The notes: generated by a model from the sequence alone, not told the origin. Counted from the stretch's first letter, positions 50,034 through 62,690 are shown. The stretch is DNA of 64,000 nt from Nemertoderma westbladi (GCA_032718475.1 JAUCBJ010002619.1:24084-88083); one strand, 5' to 3'. Translations and numbers: made by a program.

Positions 50034-52266
50034 TCTAATATATATAAATATCGATTGTCTGTCTGTCTGTGTGTTTGTCATCAGCTATACAATCGAACCC
50101 ATCTCGATGAAATCTCGCTTGCTATAGCTCGTTAGATAGGTCTCGCCCTAACTCGTTGCAACGTAATACTCAGAGCCGTCTGAAGTTCGCCCGTCTGCCG
50201 CTAGAGGGCGATTTTCGTGATTTTCGGGCGAAATGTATCGAATTATTTCAGTTCTTCTATCGGTAATTAATGATTTAGAGGGCTAACATTTATCCCACCT
50301 GGTATAAAATTAACATGGGTAGATTCGCCGTGTCCCATTCTCACAAAGTTTTTATTTTATTCGAGTGTTTAATATAAATATGTATGATTATTTATTGATT
50401 AAAAAGCAAATAGTGTATAAATATGTCATATTCGCCAAGCATGATCGAATTGGCCTATTCTTATTGAATAGGGAAGGATTTTTTTCTGTATCATAGCAAC
50501 GTTAAGGTAATTATTGAACTCGCAGCTAACTGGCTGGGCACAGATAAGGAGCAAGCAGGCTGGAGTGTTGATTGGGGTGGGTTTGGGTTGTCTATTGCGA
50601 ATTGCTCAAGAGTAATTCTGCTTTCTCAATCATTGGCTGCATGGAAGGAGAGGTTTATAACATTTTTGTTTTACTGTTATGAATATTAAAAGTAAAATAA
50701 TTATTTCTGTAGGCCTATACTTACTGTATTATTATTTTATCTAATATTATACATCTAATCTCCATGAAATCTCGCTTACTATAGCTCGTTAGATAGGTCT
50801 CGCCCTAACTCGTTGCAACGTAATACTCAGAGCCGTCTGAAGTTCCCCCGTCTGCCGCTAGAGAGCGAATTGTCCGATAGTGAAAACCTGATCTCATTGG
50901 GTTGTTTTTAATGCTTTTGTGCTGAAACTTGGTAGCTATATACTGCAGCATAGGCTGTATATTTCCGAAGTCTCTGAGTTTCCACCAGTATATTTCCGGA
51001 GTTGTCCACAGTTCCCCAGTCTACCGTTAGAGGGCTAAATGTCTGAGAGTTAACATCTTCTCCAACTTTGTTATTTACAATCCGTTTAGACTGAAACTTG
51101 GTAGGCATCTACTACAGCAAAGGCTGTATCTTTACTGAGTCGCAGAGTCGTCTACAATTCCCCAGTCTACCGCTAGAGGGCGAAATGTCTGAAAGTTAAC
51201 ATCTTCTCCAACTTTGTTATTTATAATCCATTTAGACTGAACTTGGTAGGCATCTACTACAGCATAGGCTATATCTTTACTGAGTCGCGCAGAGTTGTCT
51301 ACATTACCCGCGTCTGCCGCTAGAGGGCGAAATGTATGAAAGTTAACATCTCCTCCACCTTTGTTATTTACAATCCTTTTAGACTGAAACTTGGTAGGCT
51401 TCTACTATAGCATAGGCTATATCTTTGCGGAGTAGTAGAGTCATCTACAGTTCCACAGTCAGCCGCTAGAGGGCGAATTGTCTGATAGTGAAAACCTCAT
51501 CCCATTTGGTTCTTTTTAATCATTTTGAGCTGAAACTTGGTTGGTATCTACTACATCATAGGCTGTATCTTTACGGGGTTGCAGAATCCTATTCACTTCC
51601 CCAGTCTACCGCTAGAGGGTGAAATGTCTGAAAGTTAACATCTTCTTCAACTTTGTTATTTACTAACGGTTTAGACTGAAACTTGGTAGGCTTCTACTGC
51701 AGCATAGGCTGTACCTTTACGGAGTCACAGAGTTCTATACAGTCCGTATCTGCCGCTAGAGGGCGAAATATCTGATAGTGAACACCTCATCCCATTTGGT
51801 TCTTTTTAATCCTATTGAGCTGGAACTTGGCAGGAATCTACTACAGCATATTCTGTATCTTTACGGAGTCCCAGAGTCGTCTACAGTTCTTCAGTCTACT
51901 GCTAGAGGGTGAAATGTCTGAATGTGAACATCTACACCAATTTTGTTATTTACAATCTGTTTAAGCTGAAACTTGAAAGGCAGGCATTTTACTTCACCAT
52001 AAACCCCATCTTTACCAAACTGCAGCGCCGTCTGCATTTCACCAGTCCGCAGGTAGAGGGTGGATCTGAAAGTGATCATTTTCTGGAAATTTTGTTATTT
52101 ACAATCTGCCTAAAGTTGAAACTTGACAGTTATCTCTTATGGGGGTGGTGTTTTATTTAATGATGGTGTCTGTTCCGTATGCAGTTATCGAATCTCCCAC
52201 ACATATTCATATATCATCTGCATGTGCACTAGAAAGCTGTGGCCCGAAGGGCCACAGGCTTTCTAG
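50034..52266 (+). mobile_element. Non-autonomous Helitron with internal ~146-bp tandem repeats
   Basis: 5' A|TCTAATATATATAAA then (GTCT)n; 3' hairpin TGTGGCCC-GAA-GGGCCACA then CTAG|T; no TSD. Confidence 0.85.
50850..52130. repeat. ~146-bp tandem array (about 9 units) inside the Helitron
   Basis: CCGCTAGAGGGCG-like anchor at 50855, 51024, 51170, 51317, 51463, 51609, 51753, 51899. Confidence 0.9.
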
Positions 52267-52342
52267 TCTATCTATATAAAAATAGAAAAATATAAATATA
52301 AAAATAGAAAGCCTGTGGCCCTTCGGGCCACAGGCTTTCTAG
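52267..52342 (+). mobile_element. 76-bp minimal Helitron, head-to-tail with the preceding one
   Basis: TCTATCTATATAAA start; hairpin CCTGTGGCCC-TTC-GGGCCACAGG; CTAG|T end. Confidence 0.75.
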
Positions 52343-52406
52343 TATATTTATAATTATCGGCCCACAGATTGCAAATTGCAGGTCCACCACTAGCGTCACC
52401 CACCGT

Positions 52407-55400
52407 CAGAGTCAGAGCCTAGAGTCAGGTCAGGTATTCTAGGTCATTGATCAAGAAAACTTGCCATCTCCATGCAGCATAAGAAGGTGCTACCTGTAGC
52501 TACATAGACCCTCTTACTAGGGCAAATCTGGTCCTGTAACTAGGACCCCCTTCGTTCTGGGATAAGGACGCCCTTGGTCCTGGATTAAGGACCCATATAC
52601 TTGGCTGCAGGGGTATATGGCCTGACCAGGCAGATGGTGATCTACCAATGGCTGGTCAGGAGTAGAGTGTTCTCATGTCCACTCTGAGAGCACTTCACTG
52701 CAACCTGCACCTGGCAGCAAGGGTACAGGGCATGACCCAGCAGATGAGCTGCAACAGCCAATGGTGAGTCATGTGCGCCAGAGTAGATATGGGTGATGGG
52801 CCTCATATCTGACTCCATTGCGACACCCACCCCGTGGAATGGCAAACCAGGGTGTGGTATTTGCCCCGAGAGCTGACTCGGCAAAAAAGCACCCCCCAAC
52901 CCCCACTATGAATTACATTAGCAATGCGGAGGTCCGGCCACTAGAGGCCAGTGAAATTACCGGACACAATCGGCCTCACAGGCGTCAGTTAACTCCTGAC
53001 CGGCTGCCTGTCTCACCCCCTACTGGAGAGAGAGCAGCCAACAATTCTTTGAGTCCCTTTCCTGATGACCTTTCTGGCCCAAACCCTGGGTCACCAGGGA
53101 GGCCAGATTGTGATGGGGAGAGGGATTCTGGAGTTGGAGGCTACTCTCATGTTCCACCCCGACCAACAAAGCCATTGGTGAATCTGAGGCAAGTCATTAG
53201 ACTAGCCTCAGTAAACACCCTAACACTCGGGTCCCCAATGCGACAAGGTGAGCTGACTGCCTTGGCAGATAAGCTTTCTCTTAGCGCAGTGGGTGTTCAA
53301 GAGCACCGAATGCAGACTGGACAGACTGATGAGGTTCTGATTAAGGACATGGGGGGCGGTTGGCGACTCGCCCTCGCGTCAGCAGATGATAGTGGCAATG
53401 GTGGAATTGGTCTATTGATGAATCCAACTGCACATGCAGCATTGGACAAAATAGACCAAATCTCTAACCGCATCATCCGTTGCCACTTCACATGTTCTGG
53501 AAGACTGGCTAAGAAGTTCCCTAAGGTGGTTCTGATTGTGTGCTACTCTCCAACTAGTGTTGCCCCTCCTGTAGAGGAGGTGGAAAATTTCTACCACAAT
53601 CTACAAGCAGCTACTGATGGAGTGGATCAGCATGCATTCTTAACATTCCTGGGTGACTTTAATGCAAGTCTGCATCAATCACCTATATCGCCCTGGGTCT
53701 ATAGCAATAGTGTTAACCGAAATTCTGTCCATCTTCAGGATTTTATCTCTGGAAATGGATTGTTTTCGGCTGGAACCCAGTTCAAGAAGCGAACTGGAAA
53801 GCTATGGACTCATAGTGGACCCAGTGGTCACAAGTCCCAGATAGACCATATTCTGTTTCGTAGGAAATACAGGAGCTCTATACAAGACTGTAATGCATTT
53901 ACACTTCGACCCTTCTCCAGTGATCACCGCCTTATTGTGGCCAAGGTAAGACTTAGTCTGCGTGCTAGCAGAACAACGAAATCTGCCTTGCCGCGGCATG
54001 ACTGGTCCTCTCTGTTGCAACAGCCAAGTGTGAGATCCAGCTTTACACTACAGCTGAGCAACAGGTATGAGGCTCTTGCCTCTGAGGCGGCAGATCACTG
54101 TGGGGGCTATACTGCCTTTACAGAAGCAGTTAAGTTAGCAGCTGCAGAAACAGTTCCTGTATACCCTCGAAACAGGAAAAGGGCCCCCTGGACTGACAAC
54201 AAAATTCAGAAGTGCCGAAATGACCTTCATAAGGCGCAGAAAGAGTCCCGACTCAAACAGACTACAGCGGCCAAGAATGCAGTTAAGGCTGCATTTAGGT
54301 CCCTGAACAGGCAGTACTCTGTTAATCTACAGGAGCTAATAAACCAACAGGTTGATGCTATCAATGATGCTGACGACAGCAGGCAATCATCCCAGGCATG
54401 GAAATCGATCAATCTGATTACTGGGCGGATAAGCCAACCAACCACCAAGGTTAATGCTGAATCACCAGCCGATCGCCTCAATGGTTGGAAAGCCCACTTT
54501 GAAAAGCTCCTCAATAATGACAGGGTATTGCCTGATAACTTTATAGAAGTAAAAGTGTCTGAGTCTGTACTCCCAGATATTCCCATGGCGATATCTCCTT
54601 TGCAGAAGTGAAGGCTGCTGCAAAGAGCATTAAGACCAATCGTGCCAGTGGAGTAGATGGTGTTCCCCCTGAGGTCTTTAAAATACCTGAGTGTTTAAAG
54701 CTCATCTATCCCATCATAGTAGACATGTACCGAACAACAAGAATCCCACAAGAAATGAAAACAAATAAGTTGGTGCCAGTTCCCAAGAAGGGCAACCTAA
54801 CACTCTATGGTTCTTTTCGGGGAATCTCATTGATCTCGATTGCTGCAAAGCTATACAATAGGATTCTATTAAATCGCATCAGGGATCCCATTGAGAGACT
54901 GCTCCGTGGAAATCAGAATGGGTTCCGCAAAGGTCGTGGAACCATGGAGCCCATTTTGGCACTTAGAAGGATAATTGAAGAATTATCAAAAAAGAAAGAC
55001 AGGCATCTGGCTGTTATCTCTGTTGACTTCTTCAAGGCCTTTGATTCTGTCTCTCGCTCACGTATGTTCAGCATACTTTTATTATATGGGATTCCTGATG
55101 AAATTATTGCAGCAATCAGATCAGTATACGATGGTTCGACAACATTTGTGTCTACTGTTGACGGTGACACAGAACCATTTGAAGTGTTATGGGGCGTCCT
55201 CCAAGGAGACACACTTGCACCATTCTTGTTCATTATTGTGGTTGACTATGTTCTACGCATGTCCTTAGATCATCATAATGATCATGGGGTGATGATAACT
55301 CCACCTACTGGCTCCAGAAGTCGAGGAAATCCTGCCAAGTACCTAACTGATCTAGACTTTGCTGATGACTTAGGAGTACTCTCAGAATCATTAGAGGGAG

Positions 55401-56184
55401 CCCAACGGCTCCTCAGCTCATTAGAACATGCTGTTTCTAGTGTTGGTCTTTTTATTAACTCCAGAAAGACCAAAATTCTGACAGTTAACTTTGAAAGTCC
55501 TCAGCAAGTATCTGATCGGATGAGCATAAGCTCAAAGGATGATATGCTTGAGCATGTGGACGACATCTGTTACCTGGGATCATGGATCCGGAAGTCAGGT
55601 GAGGACCTTCGAATACGTAAGGGAAAGGCATGGGCAGCCTTGAATAGGCTTTCCAGGATTTGGAAGTCACCGAGAATTAATCGGAAACTTAAGGTCCGAT
55701 TATTTAGAGCAGCAGTAGTTCCAGTACTCCTCTACGGGAGTCCATGCTGGGCTCTAACTGCTGAGGACACCAAATCTCTGGATGGCACATTTACAAGAAT
55801 GCTACGCCGGGTTCATTGTGACCCGTACAATGCACACATCTCCAACCAGACACTATATAACATTGGAGGTGTCTCATTGGTTCCCCCAACCTTGACACTA
55901 GAACAAAATCGCCTCCGCTTTGCAGGACATTGCTTTCGCCGTGAGGACCAGCCAGTGCATAATCTTGTACTTTGGCAGCCTCATGGAGTGAATAAGCATG
56001 GTGGACAGCCCATGACTTTCTTGAGACGCATCTTAAAGGACACTGGCCTTAAAGATGCGGATGATCTAGCAAATGTCATGGGTGATAGGGAGTTGTGGCG
56101 GTGCAATTTTGTTGAGAAGCCGGCACAGCATTCTTAAAAATGCAGCTGCAATGCAGCATGCCGATCCTAGTAGTAGGAGTAGTA
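52407..56184 (+). mobile_element. Apparently full-length RTE-clade LINE
   Basis: APE and RT, short 3' UTR, (TAG)n tail; 12-bp TSD GTCA[C/T]CCACCGT at 52395-52406 and 56185-56196. Confidence 0.93.
52839..56137 (+). pseudogene. RTE APE-RT polyprotein with a single 1-nt frameshift near 54586
   Basis: ASVNTLTL, GVQEHR, CYSPT, LGDFNA, QIDHIL, SDH; QNGFR, QGDTLAP, DFADD. Confidence 0.9.
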
Positions 56185-56650
56185 GTCATCCACCGTTTGG
56201 GGAGGCGTATTACTTTTTACGTGTTTCCAAAAATCACGAGGATTATTGTCAGCAAGCGAGTTGGCCAAACGGTCTGATCGAAGTTGATCGGCATCCCGTT
56301 TGGCACCTCGATACGCGCGCTTAAACTGGGCTTTCGCCTTATGTAGTTGAGCGTGTAATGGACCCCCCGAGGGCTGTTCATCTCACGCCAGATTAAGAAG
56401 AGCTCTCTCGAATGGAGGTACTTCTCTCTCACAATTTCGTTCCAACCGGGGACATGGTTGTACTGAGCGGATGTCGCCGAATGAGTTTTGGAAGAGGGAA
56501 AAGATAGGATTTCTGCCTCCTTTAGAGCCGAAATTATATCGTCGTTGACCTCGTAATATCCTCTCTATGAGCTAATCATGTAGTATTTGTGCAGTTTATT
56601 GCAGACCAAGGAACTTCAATTTTCGACAGCAGTTCTTCGCATTTGTTTGT
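56185..56650 (-). mobile_element. Upstream (APE-RT linker) part of the degenerate LINE whose RT is at 48640-50033
   Basis: Translates PGWNEIV...FLIW...SPRG...AQFKRAYR...LANSL..NNPRDFWKHVK...TVD and continues at 52406-52343. Confidence 0.75.
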
Positions 56651-56708
56651 CATTCATATTACTTCCATATTTATTGTAATTCAAATTATTGTACTCTTAA
56701 ACTCCTGC

Positions 56709-57607
56709 CATGGCCTACTATATATACGGCCTAACATGTTGTCGATTTGGCCTTAAAAAAAGAGGCCAGTTTTTTTTTTACACTATTTTAATATTTTGAT
56801 ATGGGGAGAGTTCTATAAATTGTCATTTGCTGCAATTTGGTAAACGGACGTAACAGATACTAAATTTTATGGTAGCTAGTGTTTTAGATAGGTTTAGCTA
56901 GTAATATCGATATTGGTTCCGACAACCTACTTCCCTCTATAAATATTTTGTAGTAGCTAGTTCTTATTACTATTTGTATAGAAAATATTCCAGAACATGT
57001 TAGCTATTCATTTTAAGAAAAATCACGTTCTAGAACGAATATTTTTTGTTCTAGACATTTTTTAGAAAAAAATCTAGATTCTATTTAAAACGCATGGAAT
57101 CGTTTTAAAACGTGTTTAAAATCAATAACAAAAAATTTTCTTTTCAAGAAATTTTATTCACAATATTTTTTTTTCACTATTTTTTTTATTGATTTTAAAC
57201 ACGTTTTAGAACGATTCCATGCGGTTTAAATATTTTTTTCTAAAAAATATTCTAGAACAAAAAATATTTGTTCTAGAACATAACTTTTTTAAAAATGAAT
57301 AGCTAACATGTTCTGGAATATTTTCTATACAAATAGTAATAAGAACTAGCTACTACAAAATATTTATAGAGGGAAGTAGGTTGTCGGAACCAATATCGAT
57401 ATTACTAGCTAAACCTATCTAAAACACTAGCTACCATAAAATTTTGTATCTTACTTAATGGGGAGACTTCTATTACGTCCGTTTACCAAATTGCAGCAAA
57501 TGAAAATTTATAGAACTCTCCCCATATCAAAATAGTGTAAAAAAAACTGGCCTCTTTTTTTAAGGCCAAATCGATAACATGTTAGGCCGTATATATAGTA
57601 GGCCATG
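56709..57607. mobile_element. ~900-bp foldback element (long palindrome), P/Galileo-like
   Basis: Arms of ~440 bp starting CATGGCCTACTATATATACGGCC; 7-bp TSD CTCCTGC (56702-56708, 57608-57614). Confidence 0.85.
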
Positions 57608-57663
57608 CTCCTGCTGCCTTAATGCTAAACAATTTAGTGTTCTCGAATATGTATTATTTTTTA

Positions 57664-58021
57664 GGGATTCGAAATATGTAACAATGTTTGAATTTCGTTG
57701 AGAAACAGCTGAGAAATTGGCGTTCAAAGATTGAAAGAAGCAGGGGCCTATCGTTCGCTGCAGGCCATTTATTCTATTTAATAAATACACAAAATTCCAG
57801 AACGTGTTATTTATTTTATGGGTTGGTGGGCAACTGCGGTATGCCTATACAATATCTCTATTGCGTAGATATTCATACATAAAACAAAATGTTCCAGAAC
57901 ATTGTGTATTTATTAAATAGAATAAATGACCCACAGTGAACGATAATTCTTGCAATCTTTGAACACCTATATCTCAGCTGTTTCTCAATGAAATTCAGAT
58001 ATTGTTACATATTTGGAATCC
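57664..58021. mobile_element. Older MITE with ~140-bp imperfect TIRs
   Basis: GGATTCGAAATATGTAACAAT... versus ...ATTGTTACATATTTGGAATCC. Confidence 0.75.
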
Positions 58022-58089
58022 TTGCAACGCAAGCTTTCTAATCAGTAATTCACGTGAAGAATGGCGACGACAGATGTGCAATTTTCCAA

Positions 58090-58950
58090 AAGCTACCTAC
58101 CTTCTTCTATTTGCGGATGATAATAAATTATATGGCCCCAATAACAATCATATTGCTCTATCAGAATCTCTTACAAACTTTGTAAAATGGTGTTATACAT
58201 GGCAAATGACAATCGCTATCGAAAAATGTACAGTATTAAATATTGGAACTAAGAATTTTGAACGCGTTGACTACAATATTGATTCCACCATATTGACACG
58301 AGTTGATCATTGCCGCGACCTGGGTGTAATTATTGACTCATCATTATCATTTCAAAACTACATTAATGCTATTTGTAAAAAGGCATACTATGTTATTAGC
58401 GTGATTTTTAAAATGTTCTGTACCAATAACCGCCAAGCACTATTGAGAGCCTATACGACCTTTGCGAGACTTCTTGTGGAATATGCTACTACTGTTTGGA
58501 ATCCGTTCCTATCAACTACTTGTAAAGAGGGTTATCTCGGTTCCATCGATAAACTCGAAAAAGTTCCAAGATTGTTTACATGAAGGTTGTTTTATCGATG
58601 TTCGCTTGATCCAAAGACACCATACTTTGAACGACTTCGTATTCGATGTCTCGAATCACTCGAACTGCGCCGTCTCCGACTTGATCTAACTATGACCTTC
58701 AAAATAATTCGCAAAGATCTTGGTCTGGTGGATGTCCCTAACTTAATCAACCGCTTTAACATTAGTAACAATTGTAGAACACGTGGATATAAGTATAAGT
58801 TATTTAAACCAAATGTGGCATCATGCTTAATACAAAATAGCTTTTTCTTTAGTGAAAATTACCGGCCAATGTAGTTGAGGCTACATCACTAGGTTCCTTT
58901 AAAACTCTATTATGTGATGTTGATTTGACCTCATACTTGAAAGCATTCCG
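58090..58950 (+). mobile_element. Degenerate 3' fragment of a CR1-clade LINE
   Basis: LFADDNKLY, RDLGVIIDSSLSF, EYATTVWNP, LESLELRR..DL...FKII, RTRG..YKL. Confidence 0.88.
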
Positions 58951-59635
58951 TAATCTACCATAATAATAGTCCAAAAGAATATAAACTTTTATATTTTTAT
59001 TTCAATATTTCATTATTTTCAATATACATTATTTCTACATTATTTTAATTCAATAAACCTACATTACATAATATACTTATTTTATTAAACACGGCTTATT
59101 TTAAGAATAAAACTACTAACTTTAACTTAAAATATTTAAATCTTAAATCATTTTATTTTATTAAATTTTATGTATTTTAATGTGCTGTTTGTTTCTATTA
59201 TAAGATCACTATCCTACAGACTTATTTTAATATATTTTATGTATTTTAAAAACAATATCTTACATACTTATTTTATATTGTATATAGCATACACCAATAT
59301 ACTTACCAATAGTAATAAATTTGTTTTTATATCGGTGTATTGTATAGTATACTATATGTATATTAATATTTGATTATTTAGATACGGCCTCTATCAGTAA
59401 CTCACTTATTTTATTGTGTTGTGCATGTTGGTGCGTTTTTACTTATAGAAGTAAATAAAAACTTTCCATTTCCATTTGTAGTACATACCATTAATATTCT
59501 GAACGAAACCCCACATTGTACAATGTGGTAAAACACACTGACGGAAGACTGTATTGACATATGGTTCCGTGTTTCGATAGACTTTGATGGTACACCAGAA
59601 GTGTAAAGTGCCACAAGCGCGGTATATAAAAACAC

Positions 59636-60246
59636 TAGGGATGCAACAGAGCTCCGGCTCTAGAAATCCGGAGCTCAAGGCCAATTTCCTGGCTCCGGGC
59701 AAATTAATCCGGAGCTTACGTTGTTGAAATTCGAATTAGACCAATGGGAAGTGATGATTATTGCGGGGTATAGTGAAGCCCTATATCCAGGCGGACAATA
59801 ACAATATTTTACCTCAGAAAAGCCCTATGGAAAGTTTTAACCTAATGGGAAAGTGATGATTAATACGTAACAGAGTGAATTCCAAGAATCCTATTGGACA
59901 ATATTTTACTGCAGAAAGTCCCTATATCTTTCCATATATTGTTTAGGCTCTCCTGAACATTTGCAGATTTAAACTTAGGGCTTTGACCCAGAGGGCTTTG
60001 ACCCAGAGGGCTTTGACACGACTTAGGAGATTGACTTCGGCGCAATAAAATCCATCCCTCTCCAGGTGAAAATCATCGCAAATAACAGCTGATTACTCTC
60101 AAAAATAAAACTGTTGATGCGAGATATTAATTCGCCGATAAGGAATTTGCGTCAAATTCCCCCATGTCCCATGAACAACTGTCTACTATGATAATCTATT
60201 GGAATTATCAATCACCAAATAAAATTTTAGCTCTGTTGCATCCCTA
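59636..60246. mobile_element. Non-autonomous hAT-type MITE (611 bp)
   Basis: 18-bp TIR TAGGGATGCAACAGAGCT; 8-bp TSD AAAAACAC/AAAAACAG (7 of 8). Confidence 0.88.
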
Positions 60247-60566
60247 AAAAACAGACCATCTGTTGCTAAAAATTAGGGATTCGAGGAAGGATAGGTTCTA
60301 GGTTGGGATGTGGTTCAGGTATCTGAATACACAATATTCTAGGACATGTTGAGGCAGGAACATCAAATAATATGTAACACATCAATTATTTATTGATTAT
60401 TTGCGATACGTTGTGGGTCAACAAGGTTGGAAAAATTATATCCATAATATAGAACCAGAACCAGTATATATATTATAAAATATAGTTATATACAACGGGA
60501 ACTATATTATTAATATTATTATATGCCAACAATGGCGTTAAATAAACCACCATGTTATAGTAAGGG

Positions 60567-60730
60567 CTACGCCTTCTTCTTTTTGTGAATGTCCTTTACG
60601 GTGAGCCCAGGAGGGAGGGACTGGCGTAGTTTGTCCGCCTTCTCCTTGTCTATCATTACCAGGGTGTAGAGATATTTACTGCAACGAACTTTGAATTTAA
60701 CGTTGTCTTTATTTTTCTTTATCGTAACAG
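60567..60730 (-). CDS. RPL38: 60S ribosomal protein L38 (eL38), coding exon 2
   Basis: Acceptor TTTATTTCAG|CT; translates (S)[53 protein letters not shown]. Confidence 0.96.
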
Positions 60731-62036
60731 CTGAAATAAAAAGTATTTATAAACAATTTTGAATCTTATTCTACTTCTACAGGTACCAAAATAAACGAAA
60801 TTAGAAATTGATTTCTTTCTACAACTGAGAATACATGCAGTTTTAGCGGAGTACATAATATGCTACTTAGTAACTTTTAGTATGTATAGAAATGGGGCTT
60901 ACCATATGTTTTGGGTCAAGCCGTTTATTAACAAATTATAGCTATTTAATATATACTTTTTAAACTAAAAAAATTATACTCAAATAATAGAAATAAGGAG
61001 ATGTCATTTTTTAACATGGAAGAAACAATTTTGACATAATGAGATTGATTAGATAGACTACGCAATTTTGCTTACATTCTACAGTCAATCATAAAAAAAA
61101 TAATATATAATATTATAAACTATCGTAGATTTAATTAAAGCAGGAATAGTTTTATTAGTAATTTACTCCCGCAGCCAGTAGTGGCGGAAAGATGGCTACG
61201 CTATCAACCTAAACGAAAATTACCACGAGACGCACTGTTTATTCGCACACCTGCACGTCACGTACCTGTACCGGTAAAGCATTTTTCTTTACAACAAGTT
61301 AAAAACACTCAACATCAACACCAGAACACTAAAAATGTTTCGAATTATTTGTGTGGTGTTTTCTAACCAAAACAATAAACTAATCTCCATTACTTAATTA
61401 ACGGAAAGGAGCAGGTTACAGTGGTGGGCTTTTCTAACCAAAACAATAAACAATATCTCAATAACATAGGGTATTTCATATTTATAGTCTTATTTTTGTA
61501 ATACGAAAATACCAGAGGTACGCATATGAACTATAACTCAGTCAATACATGCGGCATTGTACAGATTAACACTGTAACAGGGAATATGCACTATGCCGTT
61601 TGGGGTAGGGGTACACAAACGGCCATTTTTTTACACCTCATTTTTGGTGTTTTTAAATTATCAGACAGTGAGAATATAGCCAAAACGCAAAACACAGAAA
61701 ACACAATTCAAAAAAGATCAATTACAATTAACAGATTAAAACAATTTGGATTCAAACAGTCAAATAGAAAACAATACAGCAATACATACAATTACAATGA
61801 TAACGGTGAACGGTACAGCCTGACTGTCTGACTAAGGTAGGCTACTGCTGTACTGTCTGTGACTGTGATGTGCAATGTGGTTTACAAGTAGGAAAAAGTG
61901 TGGGTACCGGAACGGCAACGATTGGGCCCTAACCCTGATTGCAGGATTGTATTGTAACAGATGTAGAATTTGCTATTATTGTCAGATTGTGGCCTAAACT
62001 GCTAAAGGCTGAGCTAAACCTAAAAGGTAAACTTAC

Positions 62037-62100
62037 ATTTAGCATCAGGCCGCCTGGCCGTCAACAGAAAATCCTTTATTTCCTTTATTTGTTTCGGCAT
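62037..62100 (-). CDS. RPL38: 60S ribosomal protein L38 (eL38), coding exon 1
   Basis: Translates MPKQIKEIKDFLLTARRPDAK; phase-1 donor T|GTAAGT matches the phase of exon 2. Confidence 0.96.
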
Positions 62101-62570
62101 ATTAAACGTATTAAATGACTGCAAAAGCTGCAGAAAAGATAAAGATAATACCTAATGCTAATAGGCCTATTCGAACTCGAATACAGTACTGCAGTCAGGC
62201 AGTAGGACTACTAACTGTCAAATGCTAACTGTCAGGTGTCAGACAGAAGGCCTACTAGTCTGCTAGTACTGTGTAGTACTCTGGTACTACAGAAATGCCT
62301 AAACCTCTGCCTGTCGGCTGCTCCGTACAGCTGTACCGTACCTGTCACGCAGTCAGGGTCAGCCACAGCCTGTATCAGCAATCAGGTAGGCCTATTCCAA
62401 TTCAGTGTTTTTACCTTCTACTGACAGACTGATCAGTTGATGATCTACCGCACTGTGAATGTACAACCACTGTACCTAGACCTACAACTACCAGACTACA
62501 GTACCTGTCTATCAGTCTAAGTCTACTGGCAGACAATTGACAAAGACTTCCAGACTTCCACAATCGGGTG

Positions 62571-62690
62571 CTGGTCACTTCGCCGCACTGCCACTTCGCC
62601 GCAAGTCATCTCGCCGCAGATAATGTGCGGCGAGGTGTCTCACTGTGAATGCCATTTCGCCGCAAATTATCGGTCACCTCGCCGCAAGTC
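62571..62690. repeat. Cluster of short CACTTCGCCGCA-type repeats, probably subterminal repeats of a DNA transposon end
   Basis: Five direct copies and one inverted copy of TCGCCGCA. Confidence 0.5.

Noticed and set aside
61398-61452. ~55-bp match between the RPL38 intron and the hAT element interior (25213-25267) as an intronic snoRNA
   Set aside because: No clear C/D or H/ACA boxes; more simply a fragment of a dispersed repeat
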